Notes: generated by a model from the letters alone, not told the origin. 64,000 nucleotides of DNA from Synechococcales cyanobacterium PMM_0082 (GCA_949127865.1 CASBQR010000013.1:1277-65276), one strand, 5' to 3'; positions 9,192 to 20,019 are shown, numbered from the stretch's first letter. Program-made: numbers and translations.

Positions 9192-10343
9192 TTAATTAAG
9201 ATCAGGATTTTGGGGTGGGGTTGTATCAATTCTCCCCGGTACAGGTTTGCGGGCAGGTTGCAGCCCTGTTAGCATTCGTGATAATTGCAAAGCATCTAGG
9301 GCAGGTTTGGTTTCTCGTACTTTATGCCATACTGATCGCGCCATTAACATGGAGTGGCGTTTGCGAACTGCTTGAATTTGTTCCAGATAGGCTTCCCGTT
9401 CGGGTTGATAATCAGCAGAGGAGACTAGAACTCCTGCATATTCTTTTTGCTCTTTGTTATTTTTTTCTTGATTAATTTGCTCTTGGTCAAGAATCCGAGC
9501 CATTTGCGCGATTAATTCTTTATATAGCCAAGTGTAGGCAGGATGGACAGTCAACTGACAATGATGGGGTGATTTCGCTGTTTGCAAAACTAAGGAAAAA
9601 TAACCGATCGCCGCCTTACGCTGAGGTTCATACACATAACCTGTAATGTTCTGCACGGCACTAAACACATTTTGACCATGTTCAATCGCTTTATCCACTA
9701 AGCTATAGCGAAAATCATTAATACTCAGATCATAGACTTGGCGAATCTGCGGTGGCATGGCAGCAGTATCTAGTTGATAGAGTAAAAAAGCATCGGCATT
9801 ACTTACAGGTAAAAGATTAGGTAAGTCAGGTTGCTGATTTTGGGCAATTTCGTGGAGCGATTCAAAGGGAATTTCCCAATGGGTCATTTGGGCTAGGGGT
9901 TGAAAGCCATTTTGGCGATAGAGAGCGATCGCATCTTTAGAACTATCATCAGAATTAACATCGACATTTAAAATCCAAGTACGGGCTTCCCAACAAGATT
10001 CTAAGCAATGGCGAATTAATTGAGTACCGATATTTTGGCGTTGAATACCTGATATCACACTAATTTGATCGATCTGCCAAGTGGTGCGGCTGTGGTTAAC
10101 AGGAGATACCCGAATAAAACCTAAAATTTCGCTTCCAACTTGAGCCACATACGCCCGAAATACATTGCGAAAAGGACTAGGAAGCCAGCTCATAAACCTA
10201 ACTAGCTTAAACCATTGATTAATTTGTTCAGCATTGTCCGATGCCGTTTCCAAGCTATTGTGCATTCCTAAAAGATGAATCGCTTCTAAATCTCGATATT
10301 GCACAGGTCGGACTGTTACACTGGGAGGAGAAAAAAGCTGCAT
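9192..10343 (-). CDS. GNAT-family N-acetyltransferase (conserved cyanobacterial type)
   Basis: QRQNIGTQL motif A, ALYRQNGFQPLAQ; start likely ATG 10343 rather than 10406. Confidence 0.8.
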   Translation of the reverse strand: MQLFSPPSVTVRPVQYRDLEAIHLLGMHNSLETASDNAEQINQWFKLVRFMSWLPSPFRNVFRAYVAQVGSEILGFIRVSPVNHSRTTWQIDQISVISGIQRQNIGTQLIRHCLESCWEARTWILNVDVNSDDSSKDAIALYRQNGFQPLAQMTHWEIPFESLHEIAQNQQPDLPNLLPVSNADAFLLYQLDTAAMPPQIRQVYDLSINDFRYSLVDKAIEHGQNVFSAVQNITGYVYEPQRKAAIGYFSLVLQTAKSPHHCQLTVHPAYTWLYKELIAQMARILDQEQINQEKNNKEQKEYAGVLVSSADYQPEREAYLEQIQAVRKRHSMLMARSVWHKVRETKPALDALQLSRMLTGLQPARKPVPGRIDTTPPQNPDLN

Positions 10344-10424
10344 AGCGATCGCCTGAATGGTTACATCTAATATAGCAGTCTTCAGGTTTCCTCGGACTAT
10401 CCCCAATTTTTATGGTTTTTTAAT

Positions 10425-11168
10425 ATGGCTAATCCCGAAAAAGTAGGTGGTTTTCCTCAAATTTTTTGGGGTATGGTTGCAATTGCGATCGCTCTAACGG
10501 GGGGGGCGATCATTGGGAGTTCGGCATTGCGCTCTTTACGGGCTAGCGATTCTTTAACAATTATTGGTTCTGCTAAGCGTCCTATTCAGTCAGACTATGT
10601 GGTATGGCAAAGCTCGGTATCGACCCAACAGCCAACCTTACAACAGGCATACCAAGACCTAAAACGCTACAGTGAACGGGTGATTGCCTATTTGCAGTCC
10701 CAGAAAATTAGTAACGATGCTATTTCTCTTAGTGCGATCGCCACAGAAGCAATTCCTGAATACATTAACGGTAATCCTACGGGTAAAACTTTGGCATATA
10801 AGCTCACTCAACGCTTTGAGGTCAAATCCAAAGATGTCAATGGCATTGCTAAGGTGGCACAATCTAGTACAGATTTAATCAATGAAGGGATTCCCTTTGT
10901 TTCTGATGCACCGCAATATCTCTATACAGAACTAAGTCAACTCCGTGTGGAAATGATTGCTGAAGCTGCAAAAGATGCTAAATCTCGGGCGGATGCGATC
11001 GCTTCAGTTACAGGAAGTAGAGTTGGCGTAGTCCGACGAGCAGAAACCGATGCTTTTCAAATCACACCCCGATTTTCCACAGAAGTCAGTGGCGGCGGAG
11101 TTTATAATACAACGACCATCGATAAAGACATTACCGCCGTAGTTTCCATTACCTTTGCTGTAGATTAA
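10425..11168 (+). CDS. SIMPL (DUF541) domain protein
   Basis: N-terminal TM segment, GSAKRPIQSD, AAKDAKSRADAIA, KDITAVVSITF. Confidence 0.85.
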   Translation: MANPEKVGGFPQIFWGMVAIAIALTGGAIIGSSALRSLRASDSLTIIGSAKRPIQSDYVVWQSSVSTQQPTLQQAYQDLKRYSERVIAYLQSQKISNDAISLSAIATEAIPEYINGNPTGKTLAYKLTQRFEVKSKDVNGIAKVAQSSTDLINEGIPFVSDAPQYLYTELSQLRVEMIAEAAKDAKSRADAIASVTGSRVGVVRRAETDAFQITPRFSTEVSGGGVYNTTTIDKDITAVVSITFAVD

Positions 11169-12253
11169 TTAATATTATCGAGATGAACATAAACTGTACG
11201 GGAAATTTTACGGATTAATTCATTTGCCCTTTGATCGTTGGTGGGGCGTTTAGCGATCGCCGAAATAAAGTACCTCTTCCCACTAGGCATATCAATCATG
11301 CCTGCATCACCCACTGCCGATTGAATATCCCCCGTTTTATGGGCAATTCTGGCTTCAGGTGGAATCCCTTGGGGTAGAAGCGTGTTCGTTTTAGTGCGCC
11401 GCATAATATCTATAAGGCGATCGCGGCTACGGGCGGAGAGAATTTTGCCTTGCTCCACTGTTGATAGTAAATTTACTAAATCCTCTGGACTAGTGGTATT
11501 AGTACCAGTTAGATCGGGTAATGGGTTACGAATTACGGTAGAGGGTAAACCCCAACTTTGAAACCTTTGATTTGCTACTTTCATGCCGCCGATCCGTTTC
11601 ATAATCATATTAGTGGCGGTATTATCACTAATAATAATCATCAGAGTTAAGGTTTCGAGGGCGGATATTTTTGTGCCTACAGGTTCGTACTGCAAGCCCC
11701 CAGCGTGACCGACAATCACATCCTTACTAATTATTAACTGCTCATCAAGGCGGGCTTTTCCTGCATCTACATCTTCTAAAAATGCCACTAATAGCGGAAT
11801 TTTAATCATACTTGCCGCCGAGATCGAGCTACTACCTTTGATATTGACATAACCACCACCATCGGAGTCAGTTATAAATACCGCCATACTAATATCTGGT
11901 TCGGTTTTAGTGAGGGCGTTAATTTTAGTGGTTAAAGCGGTTAATTCAGTCTTAGTTGTGGGAACTTGAGGTTTCGGCTCAGAGGTTTCAGGAATTGGCA
12001 GATCAACTGTGGCGGCGACAGTGGTAGGAATTTGATTTTTATTGAAAAATGCAATGGTTGTCCCTGTAATTACACTTAAGCCCAACCCAAGGATTGCTAA
12101 GTGTAGACATACCCCTAAAAATGGATATATAAAAGATTTCTTTGGTGCTTTTTTAGGATTGGGACGAGTTCTATTAGTTACTCTAGTATTTGCAGCCACA
12201 GGTTCAGAATTAGGAATCCTACTACTTGTTCTTGTTGGTCGATTTACTGCCAC
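11165..12253 (-). CDS. Class A beta-lactamase-like serine hydrolase / penicillin-binding protein
   Basis: SxxK (ASMIK), SDN and KTG motifs; N-terminal TM segment. Confidence 0.88.
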   Translation of the reverse strand: MAVNRPTRTSSRIPNSEPVAANTRVTNRTRPNPKKAPKKSFIYPFLGVCLHLAILGLGLSVITGTTIAFFNKNQIPTTVAATVDLPIPETSEPKPQVPTTKTELTALTTKINALTKTEPDISMAVFITDSDGGGYVNIKGSSSISAASMIKIPLLVAFLEDVDAGKARLDEQLIISKDVIVGHAGGLQYEPVGTKISALETLTLMIIISDNTATNMIMKRIGGMKVANQRFQSWGLPSTVIRNPLPDLTGTNTTSPEDLVNLLSTVEQGKILSARSRDRLIDIMRRTKTNTLLPQGIPPEARIAHKTGDIQSAVGDAGMIDMPSGKRYFISAIAKRPTNDQRANELIRKISRTVYVHLDNIN

Positions 12254-12431
12254 GATTTTTCCTCAATCACACACACTGAAACGTATATTAACTAAATTTG
12301 GCGAAAATTCCAACAAGATTAAATTAATTAATTACAATTTACATTGATCCGCATCTGCTCTGTAAAACCTATGCAAATCTAGCAAAAGCTAAATCACTGT
12401 TTACTTTCTGCTTCGACTTAGTTGCGCTTTA

Positions 12432-12446
12432 TCTACGTAACGTAGA
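12432..12446. promoter_or_regulatory. Palindrome upstream of ribBA
   Basis: tctacgt-a-acgtaga in the divergent intergenic region. Confidence 0.3.
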
Positions 12447-12483
12447 ATGAAGTTATTAATGTTACAAAAGTTTAAAATCTTAA

Positions 12484-13692
12484 ATGGAATTTCAGTTTGA
12501 TTCAATCCCTGACGCGCTCCATGCCCTCAAGTCGGGTCATTTAATTGTGGTAGTTGATGACGAAAACCGAGAGAACGAAGGAGATTTAATTGGGGCGGCA
12601 CAGTTTTCGACTCCAGAGATGGTTAACTTTATGGCAGTTCACGCTAGAGGCTTAATTTGTTTGGCTATGCAGGGCGATCGCCTTGATGAGCTAGAACTCC
12701 CCCTCATGGTTGATCGCAATACCGACAACAATCAAACCGCATTTACCATAAGTATTGATGCCATGAGTACCTCCACAGGTATTTCCGCAGAGGATCGCTC
12801 CAACACCATTCAACTAGCGATCCATCCCCACGCCAAACCCCAAGACTTTAAACGACCTGGACATATTTTCCCCCTGCGATCGCGCACTGGTGGCGTATTA
12901 AAACGGGCAGGACATACTGAAGCCGCAGTCGATTTAGCCCAAATTGCAGGTTTATATCCCGCAGGTGTGATCTGTGAAATTCAAAATGATGATGGCTCCA
13001 TGGCAAGGTTACCTGAACTGGTGGAATATGCCAAAAAACATAACCTCAAGCTTATTAGTATTGCCGATCTAATTAGCTACAGGTTAGCCAATGAACAATT
13101 TGTCCACCTCGAATCCATTGCTAATTTACCCACGCAGTTTGGTAATTTTAAGGTTCATGCCTATCGTAATAGTCTTGATAATACCGAACATCTGGCGATC
13201 GTTAAAGGCGATAAAAGTCGTTTCCAAGATGAAGAAGTATTAGTGCGAGTTCATTCCGAATGCCTAACAGGTGATGCCTTAGGTTCTCTCCGTTGTGATT
13301 GCCGCAGTCAACTGCAAAGCGCCTTAAAAATGATTGAATATGCAGGTTCAGGCATCGTAGTTTATCTCCGTCAAGAGGGGCGAGGCATAGGGCTAATTAA
13401 TAAAATCAAAGCCTACCATCTTCAAGATACAGGACTAGATACGGTCGAAGCCAATGAAAAACTTGGATTTGCTCCAGATTTGCGTACCTATGGGGTGGGA
13501 GCGCAAATTTTACATAATTTAGGAGTAAAAAAAATGCGCCTAGTTACCAACAATCCCCGCAAGATTTCTGGATTAAAGGGCTTTGGCATTGAAATTGTTG
13601 GACGATTACCTTTACTAATTGAAACCAATGAGTACAACTCTCGTTACCTAGTGACAAAAGCTGAGAAATTAGGGCATTATATTCCTCACTAA
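12484..13692 (+). CDS. ribBA: Bifunctional DHBP synthase / GTP cyclohydrolase II
   Basis: DDENRENEGD, RPGHIFPL, RAGHTEA, RVHSECLTGD...CDC, QEGRGIG. Confidence 0.97.
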   Translation: MEFQFDSIPDALHALKSGHLIVVVDDENRENEGDLIGAAQFSTPEMVNFMAVHARGLICLAMQGDRLDELELPLMVDRNTDNNQTAFTISIDAMSTSTGISAEDRSNTIQLAIHPHAKPQDFKRPGHIFPLRSRTGGVLKRAGHTEAAVDLAQIAGLYPAGVICEIQNDDGSMARLPELVEYAKKHNLKLISIADLISYRLANEQFVHLESIANLPTQFGNFKVHAYRNSLDNTEHLAIVKGDKSRFQDEEVLVRVHSECLTGDALGSLRCDCRSQLQSALKMIEYAGSGIVVYLRQEGRGIGLINKIKAYHLQDTGLDTVEANEKLGFAPDLRTYGVGAQILHNLGVKKMRLVTNNPRKISGLKGFGIEIVGRLPLLIETNEYNSRYLVTKAEKLGHYIPH

Positions 13693-13726
13693 AATCTTGG
13701 GCTGGATTTCTTCTAATTGAAAAAAT

Positions 13727-14233
13727 TTAATAAGGTGGATACCAAAACATCCCCTTAATTCCTTCTGGATCGGGGCTAAATCCTAGCTGTTGATAGAAAG
13801 TAACTACATGACCATCGGCAAACAAACTAATGTTACTAATATCTTCTTTGCGCAGCAGATGGATTACTTCTCGCATTAACTCCTTACCCAACCCTTTGCC
13901 TTGAAACTCTGGATGCACTACTACATCCCATACTGTGGCATTAAAAGCGTGGTCAGAAGTAGCACGAGCAAACCCAATGAGGCGTTTAAACTGCCCTTTT
14001 TGGTACCACATGGTGACAACGATAAAACTGTGCTCGATCGCAATCCGCACTTTCCGAATTGGACGACGAGACCAGCCCACGGCATCACATAGCTCTTCTA
14101 GTTCATATAAATCTAAATTTCGATCAGTGCTAAAGAGAATTTCGCCATCATAATTAGGTACAGGACGAAACTTGGAGTTTGGATCAAATGCACTGGTGTC
14201 AGTACCGCTAAATAAGTTTTTCCAGAAGCCCAT
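13727..14233 (-). CDS. ycf52: Ycf52-like GNAT acetyltransferase
   Basis: [48 protein letters not shown]. Confidence 0.85.
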   Translation of the reverse strand: MGFWKNLFSGTDTSAFDPNSKFRPVPNYDGEILFSTDRNLDLYELEELCDAVGWSRRPIRKVRIAIEHSFIVVTMWYQKGQFKRLIGFARATSDHAFNATVWDVVVHPEFQGKGLGKELMREVIHLLRKEDISNISLFADGHVVTFYQQLGFSPDPEGIKGMFWYPPY

Positions 14234-14326
14234 TGGTAATTAAATTCAAGCTTAAGCGGCTACGAGTAATTATAGAGATTGTATCACGATCAAAAATTTT
14301 ACTTAAGTTCTTATTGACTGCCGTGC

Positions 14327-16336
14327 CTAAAAATCGGAAGCTTCATGCCAATCTCGATCTTGGTCATCGGAAATTTCGACTAAATCGGTAAATGTAATTT
14401 CTACTTGTTTTTGTAGTGCTTGCATTTGGGCTTGTTCGCCTTGAATTTTAGTTTGATAATAGTAACCAAGGTCTGGGTTATTTTTTAAATCAATTTTTTC
14501 CCATAAGTCTCGCCAATAGCGATATTTTTTTTCGGTCATAATTAGCTGAATCCGCACGATCGCTGCTTTAATAATTGCCGTCGGACGGAGTAAAGCAACT
14601 TGGGCATTTTGATCGAGCCACAGCACATGGGAAAGCTGACCAGATAATTCAGGCAATTCTGTACAGGTAATTTGCAGATGGCGGAATAAATTTTCAGCAT
14701 TTTGGGCAAGGGGGCAATCTATGATCATTTGCCACAATTGACGATGATGGGAAAGACTAAAACAAATATCAGCTTCCTCTAGCATCTCTGTAATTAGAGG
14801 GCGGTGCTGGGGGAAATGTAGATAAATCTGTAAAAGTTGGGTTTCGGCAATTTGCAAGGTCGAGGTGGGGGTGTCAACTCGTTTATGGCTATACCAACGT
14901 TGTTGGCGTAATTGGCGGCGCAGGTCTTGCTCAAGGCGGGGAATCAGGTAGGAGTTAAGTTGAGCGAGTCGTTGGGCGCAACCGTGAATATAGTGGGTGC
15001 GGAGGGAGCCATCGGGAATTTCATTCAGAATTTTAACGAAGGCTTGGGTACATTCTTGAAATTGATCGGCTTGGTTAAGATTTTTCCCAATTAAAGTTTG
15101 TTCGATTTGCCAATCTAAAAACAACGGGGCAGTATGAACGAGTTCTTTGACGGTTTCAGGATCGCTATAGATCGAATCTTCAAGTTTTAAAAATCCACCT
15201 TCGCTGCGATCAATATTTTGTAATAGGCGTTGATAGGCGGCGGGGGATTTATCTTTAAGAAATTCATCGGCATCTTTCCCTGACGGAATCGTTAAAATTC
15301 GCAGTTGCACGGCACCACCATAGACTAAATCCTTGAAGCCCGCGATCGCTCGTTCGGCAGCATTAATTCCCGCCTTATCACCATCAAAGTTCAGGATGAT
15401 TTTTTTAGAATCGGTATAGCGTAATAATTGTCGAATTTGAACTTGCCCCAAAGCCACACCCATACTGGCAACAACTTGATTGATCCCTGCTTGGTGCAGA
15501 GCGATCGCATCAAAATATCCTTCCACGACAATTGCCTGATCGTTTTTACTAATAGCATCACGGGCTTTATCCATGGCAAAGAGGACAGAGCTTTTATTGA
15601 ATAAAGGAGTTTCAGGTGAATTTAAGTATTTGGGTTCAGAATTATCTAAACATCTACCACCAAAGGCGATCGCTCGACTTCTAGTGTCATGGATGGGAAT
15701 CATCAGGCGATCGCGAAATCGATCATAATAACCATCGCCAGTTTTACGGGGCATAATCAAACCCGCTTGTTCAACTAATGCAGTAGGAATGCGTTTTTGC
15801 TTAACTAAATATCCATAGAGCGTATCCCAACCCGCAGGAGCATAGCCCAATTGAAAGGTTTGGATAGTTTCGAGGGAAAGTTGGCGTTTATGGGTGAGAT
15901 ACTCTAGGGCAGCTTGCCCTTGGGCGGAAAATAAAGCGTGTTGAAAAAAACTGGCGGCTAGCCCTACAATTTCAAATAATTGCTCTTGGGTAGATAATTG
16001 CTGTTGTAATGCCTGAGACTTCGCTGGCTCTAGAGTGCGGACAGAAATACTATATTTTTGAGCTAGATCGATCACTACATCATTAAAATTGCGATCGCCA
16101 ATCTCCATTAAAAACTTAAAGACATTACCACTAGCTCCGCAGGAAAAACAGTGATAGACCTGCTTGCTAGGGTTTACAGTTAAAGCAGATTGGTTAGTGC
16201 CTTTGTGAAATGGGCAGGCTCCTCGGTAACTGGTACCACTTTTGCGTAGAACCACGTGTTCAGACACCACTTCCACCAAGTCAACGCGTTGGCTAACTTG
16301 ATCGATTGTTTCTTGGTGGAGCTTTGGCGTGGACAT
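14327..16336 (-). CDS. dnaG: DNA primase
   Basis: CPFH...CFSC zinc-binding domain, FRDRLMIP, KYLNSPET, TOPRIM VVEGYFD, FDGDKAG, KDADE. Confidence 0.97.
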   Translation of the reverse strand: MSTPKLHQETIDQVSQRVDLVEVVSEHVVLRKSGTSYRGACPFHKGTNQSALTVNPSKQVYHCFSCGASGNVFKFLMEIGDRNFNDVVIDLAQKYSISVRTLEPAKSQALQQQLSTQEQLFEIVGLAASFFQHALFSAQGQAALEYLTHKRQLSLETIQTFQLGYAPAGWDTLYGYLVKQKRIPTALVEQAGLIMPRKTGDGYYDRFRDRLMIPIHDTRSRAIAFGGRCLDNSEPKYLNSPETPLFNKSSVLFAMDKARDAISKNDQAIVVEGYFDAIALHQAGINQVVASMGVALGQVQIRQLLRYTDSKKIILNFDGDKAGINAAERAIAGFKDLVYGGAVQLRILTIPSGKDADEFLKDKSPAAYQRLLQNIDRSEGGFLKLEDSIYSDPETVKELVHTAPLFLDWQIEQTLIGKNLNQADQFQECTQAFVKILNEIPDGSLRTHYIHGCAQRLAQLNSYLIPRLEQDLRRQLRQQRWYSHKRVDTPTSTLQIAETQLLQIYLHFPQHRPLITEMLEEADICFSLSHHRQLWQMIIDCPLAQNAENLFRHLQITCTELPELSGQLSHVLWLDQNAQVALLRPTAIIKAAIVRIQLIMTEKKYRYWRDLWEKIDLKNNPDLGYYYQTKIQGEQAQMQALQKQVEITFTDLVEISDDQDRDWHEASDF

Positions 16337-16379
16337 AGACTCAAGCTAATAATTTGTCCATCATAACTTGAGTTTTTAT

Positions 16380-17243
16380 CTAAAATCTTGCCGATCGCCA
16401 ACGTCTTTGATAAGCAATATTATCTAAACCCTTATACCCATCCAAGTTATTTTCGATAATGGCTTGATTCAGTGCCACAATCCGATCCTTAACCGCAGGA
16501 TGAGTATTGAGAAAATCGGGAGCATTACTAGAGTTACGGGCTAGCTTTTGCATAAAGTCGGGCATTGCCTGCACAGCGTAATTGGCATTATAGAGATTTT
16601 GGAGACCACGGCGATCAGCGTCAAATTCAGCTTCACGACTATTGGGCAAGCGTAGAGCTAACTCTGTACCGATATTCACAATCTCATTGCGATCGGCACC
16701 AATTAAAGACACAATCCCTTGGGTAATTGCCTGTTGTTTAACCTGTTCTAGGACGTGCTTACCCGAAATATGACCCATCTCATGGGCGATCACACTGGCT
16801 AACTGCGCTCGATTATCGGCGGCGGAGATCGTACCAGTATTTATATAGACAAATCCGCCCATAGTGGCAAAGGCATTAATATTACGATCTTCTACGACTT
16901 GAAATGTATAGGGAATTTGCGGGCGATCGCTCTGAGGGACTAACTCAGCCCCAATACTTTTAACCAGATTATTAGCCCCTCGATTCCTACTTAGACGTAC
17001 TTGAGTGACAATATTGCGATTTATTTGACTACCCAGCTTCACTTCATCCGCATCAGAAATATTAGAAATCTCCACCACTTGAATTACTGCTGGTACAATA
17101 CGCAATAAATCTGATAAATCAAAAGAATTAGCTGAGTTAGGAGTTGCTAAAATTGCCAACAATGCCGTAATCACGATCGCTAATATAAATTTATGACATC
17201 GTTGCAAGGGATCTAAAATGAGCTGCTTAATATTTTTGATCAT
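16380..17243 (-). CDS. M48-family zinc metallopeptidase
   Basis: INAFATMGG, HEMGH, SREAEFDAD, THP; signal/TM segment; start likely ATG 17243. Confidence 0.9.
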   Translation of the reverse strand: MIKNIKQLILDPLQRCHKFILAIVITALLAILATPNSANSFDLSDLLRIVPAVIQVVEISNISDADEVKLGSQINRNIVTQVRLSRNRGANNLVKSIGAELVPQSDRPQIPYTFQVVEDRNINAFATMGGFVYINTGTISAADNRAQLASVIAHEMGHISGKHVLEQVKQQAITQGIVSLIGADRNEIVNIGTELALRLPNSREAEFDADRRGLQNLYNANYAVQAMPDFMQKLARNSSNAPDFLNTHPAVKDRIVALNQAIIENNLDGYKGLDNIAYQRRWRSARF

Positions 17244-17398
17244 AAATTCTTTTACCTTAGGGCATAAAATCAAAGTGCCAGTTATGCAGTTAGACCATTT
17301 AAATTTGGTTTAAGTTTCCTAATGGCTGATTTAAGCAACCTCTAATTTGTTGCGGATCTTGATTTTTACGATCTATGCACGGATCCCAAACTACTAAT

Positions 17399-19432
17399 CT
17401 AGGTCTGGATGATATACCCTGAAACTTGAGCTTTTATTAGTTCCCGCACTAATCTCTGTGCCTGTAATTTGTAGAGGGGGATGTCAAGGCGACAGGGTAG
17501 ATTTTCCATCATTAATCTTGCCGTCAGCATCGGACAGTTACAAACCCGCACAATCACATTAGCACCTTCAAATATTGCTTCTTTATTTAAAGGTTGTTCT
17601 ATATATACATACCAACTTGGCTCTAATAATGCCCTAACCTCAATGGCTTTTAAGCTCTTAATCGTTGCTAGTACCACTAGGCGATCGCCATTACCGAGGC
17701 GAATATCGTCAATGGGCATCAACTTAGCTTTACCATGTGGCTCTTGATATAAAATTGGTACAACCCCATAGCCATAGCTAACTTCAGCCAAAATTAAACC
17801 TTCAAGGGTATCTCCAGTTTCCACAAAATATTCAGTAACCAAAACCGTTTGATTATTTAGCCGAAATAAACTAATCACATTTTCACCATACGCTGCCGCC
17901 GCAAACGCTTCAGCCGAGATCGAGTTCGCACAAAGCACATCAGCATAGGGCAGTAATTGAGCTAGGTTGTTCGTAAGGCTTTGCTCAAAGGTACGAATCA
18001 CCAATCGACTCTGGGGATTAGCGGCATGGGTCATCATTGCTAATTCTAAATTCAGCATTTCATCATCAGTAACTGCAATTAGACCTTTAGCTTTACCAAG
18101 ACTAATTTTTTCTAAAGCACTATTGATATTGCCAGAGATTAAAGGAATTTCAGGTAAGAGCGTTGGATCAACTTCCGAGCTAGCGATCGCCACTAAAGGT
18201 TGTTTAAATTCTTGCAGCAGTTTGGCAACCCTTTGACCCACTCGACCTAAACCCACTAAAATTACATAATCTTGTTCAGGCACAGGCGGACGGCGGGATA
18301 AAAACTGAAATCTGGCACTCAACAGGCTCTCGGTTAATAGCCCATAGAGTAATCCCACAAGGGCGGTTCCTGAAATGGTAAGCATCAAGCCAAAAAAACG
18401 TAACCAAGTCGGAGCAGGACTAGTATTAATAATTTCACCAAACAAGTCACCATAACCACTCAACAAAAGGGCGATCGTAGTATAAATCGAGTCTACAAAG
18501 CCAATCCCTGGATAATTGAGTCTAAATAGCAACGTACCAACAGCAATTAATCCTATAACCACAATGCCACATACATTTGCCGCCAATCGAGTTCGACTCT
18601 CTAGAAGCCAATTACGATAGTCAATCATATTTTTTTGAAGATTTGCCCAAACCATCTGACTTGTAAGCTTACCAATCCCTTGAGTCCAATCCTGCGATTG
18701 AGTTTTAGTTGGAGTTGAGCGATTTGAGATCTCTGTATCTGCCAGTTCAATATAGGTTAAAAGATCATGGGGTTTAAGGCGAACATCTGGTTCTAATTGA
18801 TTAAATAAAGGAGAATCTCTTTCTTGATTTTGACTTCTATGATCTAAAATTCGCCGATTTCGAGTGTTTAACTCATATATCATTCGGACTTCACACCATC
18901 TATGAGTCCGATCAATTTCTTGCTGAACAACTCGCATCAACTGACCATCCAACGTGAAAAATCCCATAATTTCATCACTTAATGCCGCTAGAGCAAAGGC
19001 AGTAGCAGGAAGTTGGGTAGGTTCAAAGGCAATAAAATTCCCTAACTCCTTTGCTAACAAGTCATTAAGATTTTGCTTGCTAGAGCGAACAATTAGGCGA
19101 ATCTTAGGATTAAGAGACCTAGCGGCAAAGGCAGTTTCTAAATTTACTCTTTCATTACTAGTAACAAGCAAAATGGCTCGACAATTATGAATTCCCGCAT
19201 TTACAAGAATATTTGCTTGCCGACAATCTCCAATCACAAGATTTTCTAGAAGCTCTGGTATTTCTGGAATTTCCCAACTTGAAGTCACATTTTGCTCGAC
19301 CCCACTAACATTCCCCCCAAACTCATCAATAGCAACAATACAACTTTGCCCAAGGCTGCCTAACCCGCATACTATAAACGAATTGGCGGAATTCAAGGGC
19401 TGCTTAATTTTCTCTGCTATTGTTTCCGTCAT
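17399..19432 (-). CDS. TrkA/RCK-domain potassium-channel-like protein
   Basis: Two Rossmann GxGxxG RCK domains flanking a two-TM pore (LLSGYGD); start placed at ATG 19432 because the predicted start at 19546 lies inside a MITE. Confidence 0.82.
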   Translation of the reverse strand: MTETIAEKIKQPLNSANSFIVCGLGSLGQSCIVAIDEFGGNVSGVEQNVTSSWEIPEIPELLENLVIGDCRQANILVNAGIHNCRAILLVTSNERVNLETAFAARSLNPKIRLIVRSSKQNLNDLLAKELGNFIAFEPTQLPATAFALAALSDEIMGFFTLDGQLMRVVQQEIDRTHRWCEVRMIYELNTRNRRILDHRSQNQERDSPLFNQLEPDVRLKPHDLLTYIELADTEISNRSTPTKTQSQDWTQGIGKLTSQMVWANLQKNMIDYRNWLLESRTRLAANVCGIVVIGLIAVGTLLFRLNYPGIGFVDSIYTTIALLLSGYGDLFGEIINTSPAPTWLRFFGLMLTISGTALVGLLYGLLTESLLSARFQFLSRRPPVPEQDYVILVGLGRVGQRVAKLLQEFKQPLVAIASSEVDPTLLPEIPLISGNINSALEKISLGKAKGLIAVTDDEMLNLELAMMTHAANPQSRLVIRTFEQSLTNNLAQLLPYADVLCANSISAEAFAAAAYGENVISLFRLNNQTVLVTEYFVETGDTLEGLILAEVSYGYGVVPILYQEPHGKAKLMPIDDIRLGNGDRLVVLATIKSLKAIEVRALLEPSWYVYIEQPLNKEAIFEGANVIVRVCNCPMLTARLMMENLPCRLDIPLYKLQAQRLVRELIKAQVSGYIIQT

Positions 19433-19527
19433 AGACTCAAGTTGTTCTAATTTATGGATAAGTTCAAGCTTTGAGATACATCTGGGGTAATTTGAGGTGA
19501 TTGATTGGGAAAAAGTGCAAAATCTAA

Positions 19528-19663
19528 CTGATGTTACGCAGAACAATTTGATTTGATCGACGATTTAAGTAGGGTTACACTCAATTAAAGCTTTAAACCT
19601 TGTGATATTTGCATCTTTTAGACTACCTTACTGCAAGAACTTAGGACTTCTGCGTAACATGAG
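19528..19663. mobile_element. 136-bp MITE with 16-bp TIRs and 7-bp target-site duplication
   Basis: ctgatgttacgcagaa (19528-19543) and ttctgcgtaacatgag (19648-19663) match 15/16 as inverted repeats; AATCTAA on both flanks (19521-19527, 19664-19670). Confidence 0.85.
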
Positions 19664-20019
19664 AATCTAAGATGGAATATACCAATTTTTCCTGAAACAT
19701 TTTGGCATATTAATCAAATTTCCATGATTAAAATCCAAAAATCAGGATGAAAAACTAAGTTTAGAGTTAAATCTTAGGGCTAGGTATCCAAAATAGAGAC
19801 TAAGTGATAACAAATTTTATTTTTGGTGATCATCGTCATCAATAGTTACTTTCAATACTCGTAGACTAAAAATTATAGTTACTCCAAGGCAATTCAGGGC
19901 TACAACAAAACACTGTACTATGAATTGATGAGGGGAAAATGAATAGAACTATTGGCAACCTATACCCCCTAATTAGCAGTCATAGCTCACAGTAAATCCA
20001 TCACAAGTGAGATATTTAT

